Shown: positions 21,364-30,190 of the stretch, in pieces
Position numbering within the stretch: position 1 is the first letter of the stretch
Layout: the number at the start of each line of letters is the position of its first letter
Assembly (NCBI GenBank): GCA_965200875.1
Contig: OZ241456.1
Span: forward strand, 334,588-398,587
Length of the DNA: 64,000 nucleotides
Direction: 5' to 3'
DNA from: Bdellovibrionales bacterium
GTDB lineage: Bacteria > Bdellovibrionota > Bdellovibrionia > Bdellovibrionales > UBA1609
Notes under the pieces: model-generated
The model's database searches: none
Told to the model about the DNA's origin: nothing
Seen by the model: only the letters and a program-made list of their open reading frames with translations
Translations under genes and position numbers: made by a program

Positions 21364-21720
21364 TTAACCTGGTGGCCACTTCATGGGCCTACCTCCTAAA
21401 ATATGAATGTGAATATGATATACGGTCTGGCCACCGTCTGCTCCGGTATTTATCACCAGCCGCCAACCCTTTTTTAATCCCGCTTTCAAGGCGATTTCTT
21501 TTGCTTTTAAAATCAGGTGGCCCATGAGAGACAGATCTTCTGATTCCACCTCCCGATGACTGAAAATCTCTTTTTTGGGTATCAATAAAATATGAACAGG
21601 AGATTGAGGGTTTATATCATCAAAGGCAATACATAAATCATCCTCATAATGAATATTGGCTGGCACCTCTTTATTAATAATTTTTTGAAAAATAGTGGAA
21701 ATGGCAAATCTCCTTACCAA
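21364..21720 (-). CDS. HIT (histidine triad) family nucleotide hydrolase
   Basis: HIHIHILGG histidine-triad motif. Hint-like, 118 aa. Confidence 0.85.
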   Translation of the reverse strand: MVRRFAISTIFQKIINKEVPANIHYEDDLCIAFDDINPQSPVHILLIPKKEIFSHREVESEDLSLMGHLILKAKEIALKAGLKKGWRLVINTGADGGQTVYHIHIHILGGRPMKWPPG

Positions 21721-21726
21721 CGAGTT

Positions 21727-21987
21727 TTATTTGAACTCTGTCTTTCTGACTTTAGCATACTTTTTTCGAAATTTTTCCGCTCTGCCTTCTGTGTCCAATA
21801 ACCTTTGCTGACCAGTATAAAAGGGATGGGAGGCACTGGATACATCAAAAGTCACTAAGGGATGGGTTTTGCCGTTTAATTCAATCGTGTTTTTGCTTTT
21901 CACAGTGGATTTTGTAATAATATGAAATTGAGTGGAAACATCCTTAAAAACCACTTCTCTGAATTTTGGGTGAATGTCTTTTTTCAT
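21727..21987 (-). CDS. rpmE: 50S ribosomal protein L31 (type B, no CxxC)
   Basis: MKKDIHPKF... and ...SSASHPFYTGQQRLLDTEGRAEKFRKKY are canonical L31 sequences. Confidence 0.9.
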   Translation of the reverse strand: MKKDIHPKFREVVFKDVSTQFHIITKSTVKSKNTIELNGKTHPLVTFDVSSASHPFYTGQQRLLDTEGRAEKFRKKYAKVRKTEFK

Positions 21988-22056
21988 AAAAACCTCATAA
22001 CTTCTTCTGTTGATTATATAACATATTTATAGCCTGTGGAAAAGCTTGTTTTGAGA

Positions 22057-22095
22057 CAAAAAATCAAGTATTCACAGTGTGTTAACACGCTATAT
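22057..22095 (-). repeat. dispersed repeat, copy 4 (orientation B), upstream of rpmE
   Basis: The plus strand reads ACAAAAAATCAAGTATTCACAGTGTGTTAACACGCTATA. It contains the perfect palindrome GTGTTAACAC. Confidence 0.7.
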
Positions 22096-22142
22096 CTTCT
22101 TTTTAAGGTTTTGTAAATCAATCAATTTACAAATCTGCCTCT

Positions 22143-23480
22143 TCAGGTGTCAGGAAATTCACATATAAATTCCATACCTCCAGCTGAACGGGAAATCGCT
22201 CGCACAAAACCGCCATGTTTTTCCATGGATTGTTTTACTAAAGCTAGGCCCACACCCGTCCCTCCTTTTTCTCTGGACCTTGCAGGATCCACCCTAAAAA
22301 ATCTTTCAAAAATTCTTTGTTGATATTTTTCTGGAATCCCCTCTCCGGTATCCATAACCTTAAGCAAAACCCGATCTTTCACATTTTCCCATCGAATATA
22401 AACATCGCACCCCCTGGGTGTGTGGCGACAAGCATTGTCTATTAAATTATACAACACCATTTCCACCCAGATCGGATTTGCCAGTACATGCTCTGCGGAA
22501 AAAAAATAGTGCAGTTTATGATCTTGAGGCACTATCATTTCCATAACCTGGCTGGTGATTTTTTTTGTGCTAAGTCGTTTTTTCTCCAAATAAGTCTGAG
22601 CTGTTAAATTGGAGAGACTCAGCAGATCATCCACTAAATTACTCATTCTTTTGCAATTTCTCAGCAATATTTGTAAAAAAATTTCAAATTGATCGAGCTT
22701 TTTTTGAGAAAAGTCGTGTATTAACATTTCCACATAGCCTTGAATGGAAGTTAAAGGGGTTTTTAACTCATGCGATACATTAGACACAAAATCAATATGT
22801 GCTTGTTGAGATTCCTTGATATCTGTTTGATCGTTAAACAGTAAAATCACATTGTTTATTTTTAGATCTGTATGAAAAACGGGCAAGGCTGTCACTTGAA
22901 AACTGCTTTTAAGATATTGATTTTTTTTTTCGAGCGTACATTCTTTTACAATCACATTTTTTTTCTGCAAACACTGTTTAAAAATATTCATTACATCAGG
23001 AGAGCGGGTTATTTCCGTTATACTGCGCCGAGGAGTATTTTCCAAAGCCAGAGCTTTTTCTTCTAAAGAAAGAGGCTTTGAAGATCCGAAGCTCTTTGCA
23101 TAAGGTCGATCTGTGAGAGATTCCTCTTCAACGGAAAAAGAAAATATTTCTGAGCTTTGAGAATTATGAAAAATCAAATCTCCTTTTTCATCCAAAATAA
23201 TGACAGCTTCTTTTATACCAAAAACCATTTTTTTCACGGTTTCTCTTAAAAAGAAAAGCTGATTCGATTGATTTTGAATCCGGTTTTGTGTTCGTTCCAT
23301 ATAGTGAGTCAACCGGGATATTGTATTCCCTTTCTTTACACTCAGGGAAGTTTCAGAGAAAGAACGATTTTTCTCTATAAGCTTGATGATTTTTCGCTTT
23401 AAATTCCAAAAAGGAATAATAACGCAAATTCCTCCCAAGACAAAAAAAACAAGGCTTAAAAGTAATAACACATTCCTCAT
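22143..23480 (-). CDS. phoR: phosphate regulon sensor histidine kinase (PhoR-like)
   Basis: N-terminal TM. H-box FVSNVSHELKTPLTSI. N/G boxes (NLIDNACRHT, DTGEGIP, GGTGVGLA). Last gene of the pst-phoU-phoB cluster. Confidence 0.8.
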   Translation of the reverse strand: MRNVLLLLSLVFFVLGGICVIIPFWNLKRKIIKLIEKNRSFSETSLSVKKGNTISRLTHYMERTQNRIQNQSNQLFFLRETVKKMVFGIKEAVIILDEKGDLIFHNSQSSEIFSFSVEEESLTDRPYAKSFGSSKPLSLEEKALALENTPRRSITEITRSPDVMNIFKQCLQKKNVIVKECTLEKKNQYLKSSFQVTALPVFHTDLKINNVILLFNDQTDIKESQQAHIDFVSNVSHELKTPLTSIQGYVEMLIHDFSQKKLDQFEIFLQILLRNCKRMSNLVDDLLSLSNLTAQTYLEKKRLSTKKITSQVMEMIVPQDHKLHYFFSAEHVLANPIWVEMVLYNLIDNACRHTPRGCDVYIRWENVKDRVLLKVMDTGEGIPEKYQQRIFERFFRVDPARSREKGGTGVGLALVKQSMEKHGGFVRAISRSAGGMEFICEFPDT

Positions 23481-24199
23481 TAAATAAACCCGATTCGATA
23501 TCCTATACCTCTTACTGTTTCAATAAGCTTCCCATATTGTCCTATTTTCTTCCGTAAAATGGAAATATGGGTGTCCACTGTTCGGCCAGTGACATTAATC
23601 TCCTCTCCCTGAATAAAGTTAATCATCTGTTTTCGGGAAAGGGCTTTTCCCTGATTTCTCAAAAGAACTTCCAATAAACGAAATTCAGAAAGTGTCAAAA
23701 TTAATTCTTTTCCAGCTAAAAAAGCCTTATGCGCGGTTGTATCCAAGGTAAGATCACCTAGATGAAACTTAAAATCCTGATGGTTTTCCAACTTTGTGAG
23801 AGTGTTCATAAAAGAAAGTCGTTTAATCAGATTTTTCACTCGTGCTTTAAATACAGAAAAATCAAAAGGCTTAGTGATATAATCATCTGCACCGGCTTCG
23901 AGTCCCAGCACAATATCCTCCGGATCAGACTTGGCGGTAACAAACAAAACGGGTGTGTTTTTATATGCAGAAGAAGGTGTCTTCATCCACTTTAAAAGCT
24001 CCAAACCATTGATACCTGGTATCATCCAATCCAGTATAACCAGCTGATAGGAATGATTAAGAAGTTTGTTGTAAGCTTGTTTCCCATTCTCAGCGGAGTC
24101 CACTTGGTAGCCCTCTCGAGACAAGTGCAGACATATAAGATTTTGAATATCTATCTCATCCTCCACAACCAATATGGAATGTAAAAGTGTGTCTTTCAT
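23480..24199 (-). CDS. phoB: OmpR/PhoB-family response regulator
   Basis: Receiver domain (ILVVEDE...DWMIPG...) plus winged-helix output (TVDTHISILRKK...TVRGIGYR). Overlaps both phoU and phoR. Confidence 0.85.
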   Translation of the reverse strand: MKDTLLHSILVVEDEIDIQNLICLHLSREGYQVDSAENGKQAYNKLLNHSYQLVILDWMIPGINGLELLKWMKTPSSAYKNTPVLFVTAKSDPEDIVLGLEAGADDYITKPFDFSVFKARVKNLIKRLSFMNTLTKLENHQDFKFHLGDLTLDTTAHKAFLAGKELILTLSEFRLLEVLLRNQGKALSRKQMINFIQGEEINVTGRTVDTHISILRKKIGQYGKLIETVRGIGYRIGFI

Positions 24200-24927
24200 T
24201 TTGTATGATCCTCTTCATCCATGTCGATATCCTGATGCCGGACATCATCACCGGTTTTCAGGAAAATAACCTCCTCCGCTATATTAGTGGCATGGTCAGC
24301 TATTCTTTCCAATTCACCGGCTATAATAATTAAATCAATACAGGGTTTTATCAAATGATTTTGAGACAGTGTAATTTCCTCCAACTCTTCCCGGAGTTTG
24401 TTTCTGATTTGATCCACATTATCATCCTGACTGAGAATGGTTCGGGCCATCCGCTCATCCTCCACCACAAGAGCGTCAAGGGATTTATGCACCATTTTAC
24501 TGACTTGATCAAACATAGCTTCGAATAAATAAATCATCTCATCCAAAATAGGATCTTTTGTCACCACTTCTGCTCGTTCAGCAATATTGAGTGCCAGATC
24601 ACCCATTCTTTCCAAGTCTGTATTTGTATTCAAAATTGCCAAAATAAGACGCAAATCTCCTGCCACAGGAGACTCTCTAGCTAAAATTTTAAAGCCCACC
24701 CTAGATACTTTCAGCTGAAGAGTGTTAATTTCTTCTTCTCTTTTTCTTAATTCACTCATGATCTCCGGGTTAAGGTTTTTGCTCAAAAGAATCTCCAAAG
24801 AGCTGGCAATGGTTTTTTCAACGAAACCGCCCATATTTAAAATTAAGGAGCGCATATAATTCAACCGCTCATCCAATTTGTTTTGTACTCTTCTCAATAT
24901 ATCTGTCCCTTTCGTTTTAAAAATCAA
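24196..24927 (-). CDS. phoU: phosphate signalling complex protein PhoU
   Basis: Two PhoU repeats with the E/DxxxD motifs ([13 protein letters not shown]; [13 protein letters not shown]). Confidence 0.9.
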   Translation of the reverse strand: MIFKTKGTDILRRVQNKLDERLNYMRSLILNMGGFVEKTIASSLEILLSKNLNPEIMSELRKREEEINTLQLKVSRVGFKILARESPVAGDLRLILAILNTNTDLERMGDLALNIAERAEVVTKDPILDEMIYLFEAMFDQVSKMVHKSLDALVVEDERMARTILSQDDNVDQIRNKLREELEEITLSQNHLIKPCIDLIIIAGELERIADHATNIAEEVIFLKTGDDVRHQDIDMDEEDHTK

Positions 24928-25682
24928 CCAAACCGGCCAGTAATATACGATTCTGTTTTGGCTTTCCCCGGCTTAGTAAATATTTGTGAGGTTTTTCCAT
25001 ATTCTATCAATTTTCCAGAAAGTAAAAAAGCGGTTTTATCTGAAATGCGGGATGCTTGTTGCATATTGTGGGTGACAATAATGACTGTAACAGTTTTTTT
25101 AAGCTGTTGAATGAGATTTTCAATACGAGAGGTGGATATGGGATCCAAAGCCGAAGTGGGTTCATCCATTAAAACCACAGAAGGATTAATAGCCAGCGCG
25201 CGGGCAATGCAGAGTCTTTGTTGTTGTCCCCCGGAAAGAGAAGTTCCTGGACGTTTTAAAATATCTTTCACTTCCTCCCAAAGCGCGGATTGTTTAAGAG
25301 AGTTTTCCACTTTCTCATATAGAGCTTTTCTTTTCACTCCCATCAATTTAAGCCCCAATGCCACATTATCAAAAATACTTAAACCCGGAAAAGGGTTTGG
25401 TTTTTGAAAAACCATCCCCACTTTTCTGCGAACCAAAACCGGATCAATATTTGTTTCATAAATATTTTGACCGGCCAATAAAACCTGACCCTGAATACCC
25501 GCCCCTGGTGCTTCTTCGTGCATACGATTCAAACATCGTAAAAAAGTAGATTTTCCGCACCCGGAAGGACCAATAAGTGCCACCACTTTATGAACAGGAA
25601 TTTTCATATTAATTTTTTTCAAAACCGGTACAGAAAAAAAATCAGCACTCAGGTCCTGAATTTTTACAAGTATATTTTCCAT
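24924..25682 (-). CDS. pstB: phosphate ABC transporter ATP-binding protein PstB
   Basis: Walker [36 protein letters not shown]. PstB-typical FLRCLNRM. Confidence 0.95.
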   Translation of the reverse strand: MENILVKIQDLSADFFSVPVLKKINMKIPVHKVVALIGPSGCGKSTFLRCLNRMHEEAPGAGIQGQVLLAGQNIYETNIDPVLVRRKVGMVFQKPNPFPGLSIFDNVALGLKLMGVKRKALYEKVENSLKQSALWEEVKDILKRPGTSLSGGQQQRLCIARALAINPSVVLMDEPTSALDPISTSRIENLIQQLKKTVTVIIVTHNMQQASRISDKTAFLLSGKLIEYGKTSQIFTKPGKAKTESYITGRFG

Positions 25683-25688
25683 AGTTTT

Positions 25689-26585
25689 TTATTTCCGCAT
25701 AGGCGGAAATCCCTTCACTCCATCTCTTTTATAAAAAAATAAAATCACTCTGGTAAAAAAATTAATAAAAAACACAAAAAAAACCAACACCAAAGCCCCC
25801 GCCCAAGCTTGTTTTTCCATTTCCTCAAAAGGCCCTTTGGAAAGCTCATATATCTGTACAGGCAAGGTGGCTATAGGTTCATTTAAATTCCTTACATGGT
25901 ACTGATTGCCCAAGGCTGTAAATAAAAGAGGAGCTGTTTCTCCGGCAATACGGGCAATAGAAAGCATGATTACTGTTACAAGCATACTTAAAGCACCGGG
26001 TATAATAATACGTGTTATCACTTTCCACCGGGGAATCCCCAAGGCCAAGCCAGCCTCCCGAATATGATGAGGGATGATTTTCAAAATTTCCTCTGTTCCG
26101 CGCGCTACGACAGGCAACATAATCAGCAACAAGGCTGACGCGCCAGCATAAGCGGAGAACCCGTATCTGACCACAAAGACAACATAAATAAAAATACCTA
26201 CAACGATAGATGGAGCACTGATCAACAGATCCACCACAAATCGAAGAGTTTTCGCAGTTTTGGTATGTTTATACTCACTTAAGTAAACCCCCATTCCCAT
26301 CCCCCAGGGAATACCAAAGATACTGGTCATTCCCACAACGATAGCACTCCCTAAGAGAGCATTGGACATTCCTCCTCCTTTTTCTCCAGGAGGTTTTGGG
26401 AGCTGAGTAAAAAAATCCCAGTTTAAAGCGGAGATTCCTTTTTCTAAAACATAATAAACTATAAATAAAAATGGAACCGCTGCGGTGAAGCTGAGAAAAA
26501 ACAAGCAACCTATCATAAAAGAATTACACCATTTTCGCCATCTATCCCTCAAAGATAAGGGCTTTCTTTCTTTTTTGTTCTTCAT
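25689..26585 (-). CDS. pstA: phosphate ABC transporter permease PstA
   Basis: Polytopic permease with an EAA-type loop (REAGLALGIPRWKV), located between pstC and pstB. Confidence 0.9.
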   Translation of the reverse strand: MKNKKERKPLSLRDRWRKWCNSFMIGCLFFLSFTAAVPFLFIVYYVLEKGISALNWDFFTQLPKPPGEKGGGMSNALLGSAIVVGMTSIFGIPWGMGMGVYLSEYKHTKTAKTLRFVVDLLISAPSIVVGIFIYVVFVVRYGFSAYAGASALLLIMLPVVARGTEEILKIIPHHIREAGLALGIPRWKVITRIIIPGALSMLVTVIMLSIARIAGETAPLLFTALGNQYHVRNLNEPIATLPVQIYELSKGPFEEMEKQAWAGALVLVFFVFFINFFTRVILFFYKRDGVKGFPPMRK

Positions 26586-26694
26586 ATTTTTTCCTCAATA
26601 AATTTTATTAACACTTTTTTTGTATATTCTCCAAGTTTACCTCTTAGTAGATCACAGATCGACCTTTTTTAAAGGTTCTCTTTTCCAATTTAGC

Positions 26695-27738
26695 TTAACT
26701 TTTTCCTCCACGCATCCTAGCTGGTCCCTGTGTGGAATAAAATTTTTTTTCCATTCTCCACACCAACAACAAAGCTAAAGCATTAATCAATAAAGAAAGA
26801 AAAAACAAAGAAAACCCCACCGCTGTTAGGGAAGCTAGGTGCAGTTCATTATCTGCTTCTGCATATTGATTGGCCAGAATGCTGGCCATAGTTTGAGCAG
26901 GTTCAAAAAGAGAGGCTTTAATGGAAATCGCATTGCCTATCACCATAGTAACCGCCATAGTTTCTCCTAGGGCGCGCCCTAAACCCATAATGACTGCTCC
27001 GACAATGCCAGTAAACCCTCCTCTTAAAACCGCTATTTTCAGCATCTCCCAGCGAGTGGCCCCTAAGCCTAAAACCGCTTCTCTGTTAGATTCAGGAATA
27101 GTGCGAAACACTTCCCGACACACAGAGGAAATGGTGGGTATAATCATGATGGCCAAAATCACCCCGCCACACATCATTCCCACACCATAGTAAGCCCCCT
27201 GAAAAAAAGGCAAGAAGGAAAAATATTCAGATAAAAAATATTGAATGTAATCCCTGAGGATAGGAGCCAGAACAAAAAGCCCCCATAAACCGTATACAAC
27301 AGAAGGAACTGCAGCCAGCATTTCCACAATGAAACTCAAAGGTTTTGCCAGCCATTTTGGAGCCAGTTCACTCAGAAAAAGAGCCACCCCTATACTGATC
27401 GGCACAGCTAATAACAAAGCCAGAAAGGAAGTGACAGCCGTGCCGTAAATCAAGGAAAGAGCACCAAAACTTTTTGTCCAATTATTCCAATCGGGATTAA
27501 TAAAGAATTTCATGCCAAAATGAGAAAAAGCCGGCCAAGACATTTGAAAAATCACAGCCAACATATAAAAAAACAAAAAAATAAGAGACCAAGAAAAACC
27601 CTTGAGAACAAAATAAAAAAGACGATCTTGAATATGAATGTCTTTTTTTTTGATATTTTTCCGATTAAAAACTTCTAGGACGGAATTTTCTTTTTGCAAA
27701 GGCCATTGGTTTGGAGATTTGACCTCTTTCATAATCAT
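26695..27738 (-). CDS. pstC: phosphate ABC transporter permease PstC
   Basis: Polytopic permease with EAA loop (REAVLGLGATRWEM), directly downstream of pstS. Confidence 0.9.
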   Translation of the reverse strand: MIMKEVKSPNQWPLQKENSVLEVFNRKNIKKKDIHIQDRLFYFVLKGFSWSLIFLFFYMLAVIFQMSWPAFSHFGMKFFINPDWNNWTKSFGALSLIYGTAVTSFLALLLAVPISIGVALFLSELAPKWLAKPLSFIVEMLAAVPSVVYGLWGLFVLAPILRDYIQYFLSEYFSFLPFFQGAYYGVGMMCGGVILAIMIIPTISSVCREVFRTIPESNREAVLGLGATRWEMLKIAVLRGGFTGIVGAVIMGLGRALGETMAVTMVIGNAISIKASLFEPAQTMASILANQYAEADNELHLASLTAVGFSLFFLSLLINALALLLVWRMEKKFYSTQGPARMRGGKS

Positions 27739-27770
27739 CTCACTCCCAAGAGGAAAAAATAAAACTCGGG

Positions 27771-28829
27771 TTAAGTTTTTTTATCATCATCTTTGTTGTC
27801 ATTAACTTTAATCGTCTGGATTCTGGTTTTCACTTCTTGTATGACTAGCTGGGGGAGAGGGATGTAATGCAATTTCTCACAAAAACCTTGTCCCACACTC
27901 AAGTACCAATTCAAAAACCGCACCAATGCTTTTCCTTTTTCAGAAAACATTTCCTTATATACCAGTAAATAAGTGTAGGAAGACATGGGATAAACACCAT
28001 TTCCTCTGGCGACAACAAGGGGTTGAAACAGATCATTTGTTTTTTTTAACATTTGTTTTGCAGAAGCAGTGACAGTTTGAATGTCAGCTTTTACAAAGTG
28101 CCCTGACATATTTTGCACTTCTGCCATCTGGAGATTGCGATCAACGGCGTAGCTCATAGCCACATAACCTATAGCCCCCGGTATTTTTTGCACCAAACCC
28201 ATCACTCCTTCATTTCCTTTTCCCCCCACTCCCGTGATCCAATTCACAGCTTTTCCTTTGCCCGCTTTTTTGAGCCATTTTTGTGAAAACTGAGAAAGAT
28301 ACTCCGTAAAAACTGCTGTAGTACCACTTCCATCCGCACGATAGATGGGAACAATATTTTTATCAGGTAACGGAACACTGGGGTTTATTTTACGGATATC
28401 TTTATGATTCCACTTGGTGATTTTTTTCATATAGATATCTACCAATATTTGGGCAGTTAAACGCAGGCTTGTTTTTTTTAGAGAGGGAAGGTTATAGCTG
28501 ATGATTACAGCCCCCAGAGCAGTAGGCAGGTGTAAAATTTCTTTTTTTGACTTTTGCATTTGCTCTTTTGGCATGGGAACATCTGTTGCCCCAAAATCTA
28601 AAGCACCGGTTAAAAACTGCCGGATCCCACCGCCACTTCCAATAGAGCGATAATTAATCATGATATCCGGGTCTGCTTTTCTGTATTCTAAAAACCATTT
28701 GGAATACAGAATATAAGGGAAAGAAGCTCCCGCGCCGTTTATCAAAAGCGGACGTTTTACTGTTGGTTTTCCCGGAGCGTATAAAGGGAAAAAGCCAATC
28801 AAGATAAAAATAAACCAGAAAGAACGCAA
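27771..28829 (-). CDS. pstS: phosphate ABC transporter substrate-binding protein PstS
   Basis: Signal peptide. PstS motifs GAGASFP, SIGSGGG, ADGSGTT. Apparent TTG start. Confidence 0.9.
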   Translation of the reverse strand: MRSFWFIFILIGFFPLYAPGKPTVKRPLLINGAGASFPYILYSKWFLEYRKADPDIMINYRSIGSGGGIRQFLTGALDFGATDVPMPKEQMQKSKKEILHLPTALGAVIISYNLPSLKKTSLRLTAQILVDIYMKKITKWNHKDIRKINPSVPLPDKNIVPIYRADGSGTTAVFTEYLSQFSQKWLKKAGKGKAVNWITGVGGKGNEGVMGLVQKIPGAIGYVAMSYAVDRNLQMAEVQNMSGHFVKADIQTVTASAKQMLKKTNDLFQPLVVARGNGVYPMSSYTYLLVYKEMFSEKGKALVRFLNWYLSVGQGFCEKLHYIPLPQLVIQEVKTRIQTIKVNDNKDDDKKT

Positions 28830-28919
28830 AATGAAAAACCTTTTTTTATTTTTTTAAGCCTGTGCGGGAGAGGTGTTGATTATTCACATATTCTTTTAAC
28901 CCGCTCTCCCGGTGAAATT

Positions 28920-28958
28920 ACAACAGATAAAATTAAAAAATTATTAAATTTATGTTAA
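28920..28958 (-). promoter_or_regulatory. Pho-box-like array: four direct hexamers at exact 11-bp spacing upstream of pstS
   Basis: The minus strand reads TTAACA-N5-TTAATA-N5-TTAATT-N5-TGTTGT. Plus-strand hexamers start at 28953, 28942, 28931 and 28920. The array is 90-130 nt upstream of pstS. The periodicity matches PhoB/PhoP-type tandem half-sites. Confidence 0.4.
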
Positions 28959-28982
28959 ACTTCACAAGTCAAAGAAGGATTT

Positions 28983-29726
28983 ATGACTAGATTGAGCGTA
29001 AATGTCAATAAAATTGCCACTCTTCGCAATTCACGGGGAAAAAATCAACCCAATCTGGTAGAAGCTGTCAAAAAACTGATTCATTTCGGTGTAACAGGAA
29101 TTACTGTTCATCCGCGCCCAGATGGTCGCCATATTCTTTACAAAGATGTACGACAAATTAAAAAACAGCTCAAAAAACACCCAAAAGTGGAGCTGAATGT
29201 GGAAGGTTATCCCAGTGCGGAATTTATGACTTTAATAGAGGAGGTAAAACCTGCCCAATGCACTCTGGTCCCAGATTCAGAGGTTGTGTTGACATCCAAT
29301 GCGGGATGGAAAATCCAGAAAAACTTTCCCTTGTTGGAACATATCCTTAAAGTCCTGAAAAAAAATAAAATTCGATCATCCTTGTTTATAGACCCTTTTA
29401 CCTTCAAAAAAAAGGAGTTGGAATTGCTAGTTGAGCTTATGCCTAAGAGGGTGGAACTTTATACAGAAGCTTATGCAAACGCTTTTTTTACTCGGGAAAA
29501 AGATCATGTGATCCGCACTTATATTTCCACAGCTAAAAAACTTATAAACCACGGACTGGAATTAAACGCCGGACATGATCTGAATTTGAACAATCTAACC
29601 TGGTTTTTAAAAAAAATTCCTCACATTAAAGAAGTTTCCATTGGTCATGCTTTAATTTGTGAATCTCTTTACCAAGGTTTGGAAACCGTGGTGAAAAAAT
29701 ATTTAAAAATCTGTCGTGGTCATTAA
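28983..29726 (+). CDS. pdxJ: pyridoxine 5'-phosphate synthase
   Basis: LSVNVNKIATLRNSRG, GITVHPRPDGRHI, ELNVEGYP, HAGHDLN-like (LNAGHDLNL) and EVSIGHAL are canonical PdxJ blocks. Confidence 0.9.
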   Translation: MTRLSVNVNKIATLRNSRGKNQPNLVEAVKKLIHFGVTGITVHPRPDGRHILYKDVRQIKKQLKKHPKVELNVEGYPSAEFMTLIEEVKPAQCTLVPDSEVVLTSNAGWKIQKNFPLLEHILKVLKKNKIRSSLFIDPFTFKKKELELLVELMPKRVELYTEAYANAFFTREKDHVIRTYISTAKKLINHGLELNAGHDLNLNNLTWFLKKIPHIKEVSIGHALICESLYQGLETVVKKYLKICRGH

Positions 29727-29773
29727 ATAACAAACTCTTGTGGAAAAAGAGCTGAACTGATATATAAAGGGAT

Positions 29774-30166
29774 ATGAGAAAAACTTTAAAACAACCCGTG
29801 CCTTTATCTGACATTTTACATACTTTTTTTCAGGATCGCCTCAATAAAACTGATCAGGGGATAGAAATAAAGCTTTGGCAAAACTGGTCTCAATTTGCTA
29901 CACCGGAAGTTTTAAAATGTGCCAAACCTGTCAATTATCAAAATGGTAGATTAATTTTATGGGTGGCTCATTCTGTGGAGCTTCAGGAGTTGAGTTTTCA
30001 TCTGGAAGACCTGAAGCAGGCGATCAACAGTTATTTTAAAAAAAATTGGGTTAAAGACATTTATTTTACCGTTAATAAAGATCTCTTGAACAAAAAAGAA
30101 AACTCCTTGAAATTTCTTCAAAAAATATCCAAAGAATCCGCACCGGTTTATAAAAAAATCAAGTAA
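29774..30166 (+). CDS. DUF721 (DciA-like) domain protein
   Basis: 130 aa. The pattern ...W..I.......A.P..Y.NG.L.V.V.....A.EL.F....L is characteristic of DUF721. Its last 20 nt overlap dispersed-repeat copy 3. Confidence 0.5.
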   Translation: MRKTLKQPVPLSDILHTFFQDRLNKTDQGIEIKLWQNWSQFATPEVLKCAKPVNYQNGRLILWVAHSVELQELSFHLEDLKQAINSYFKKNWVKDIYFTVNKDLLNKKENSLKFLQKISKESAPVYKKIK

Positions 30167-30190
30167 TAACAGTGCGTTAACACCTTTTTC
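30147..30190 (-). repeat. dispersed repeat, copy 3 (orientation B)
   Basis: The plus strand reads TTTATAAAAAAATCAAGTAATAACAGTGCGTTAACACCTTTTTC. It matches the reverse complement of copy 1 at all but about 3 positions. Confidence 0.8.
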
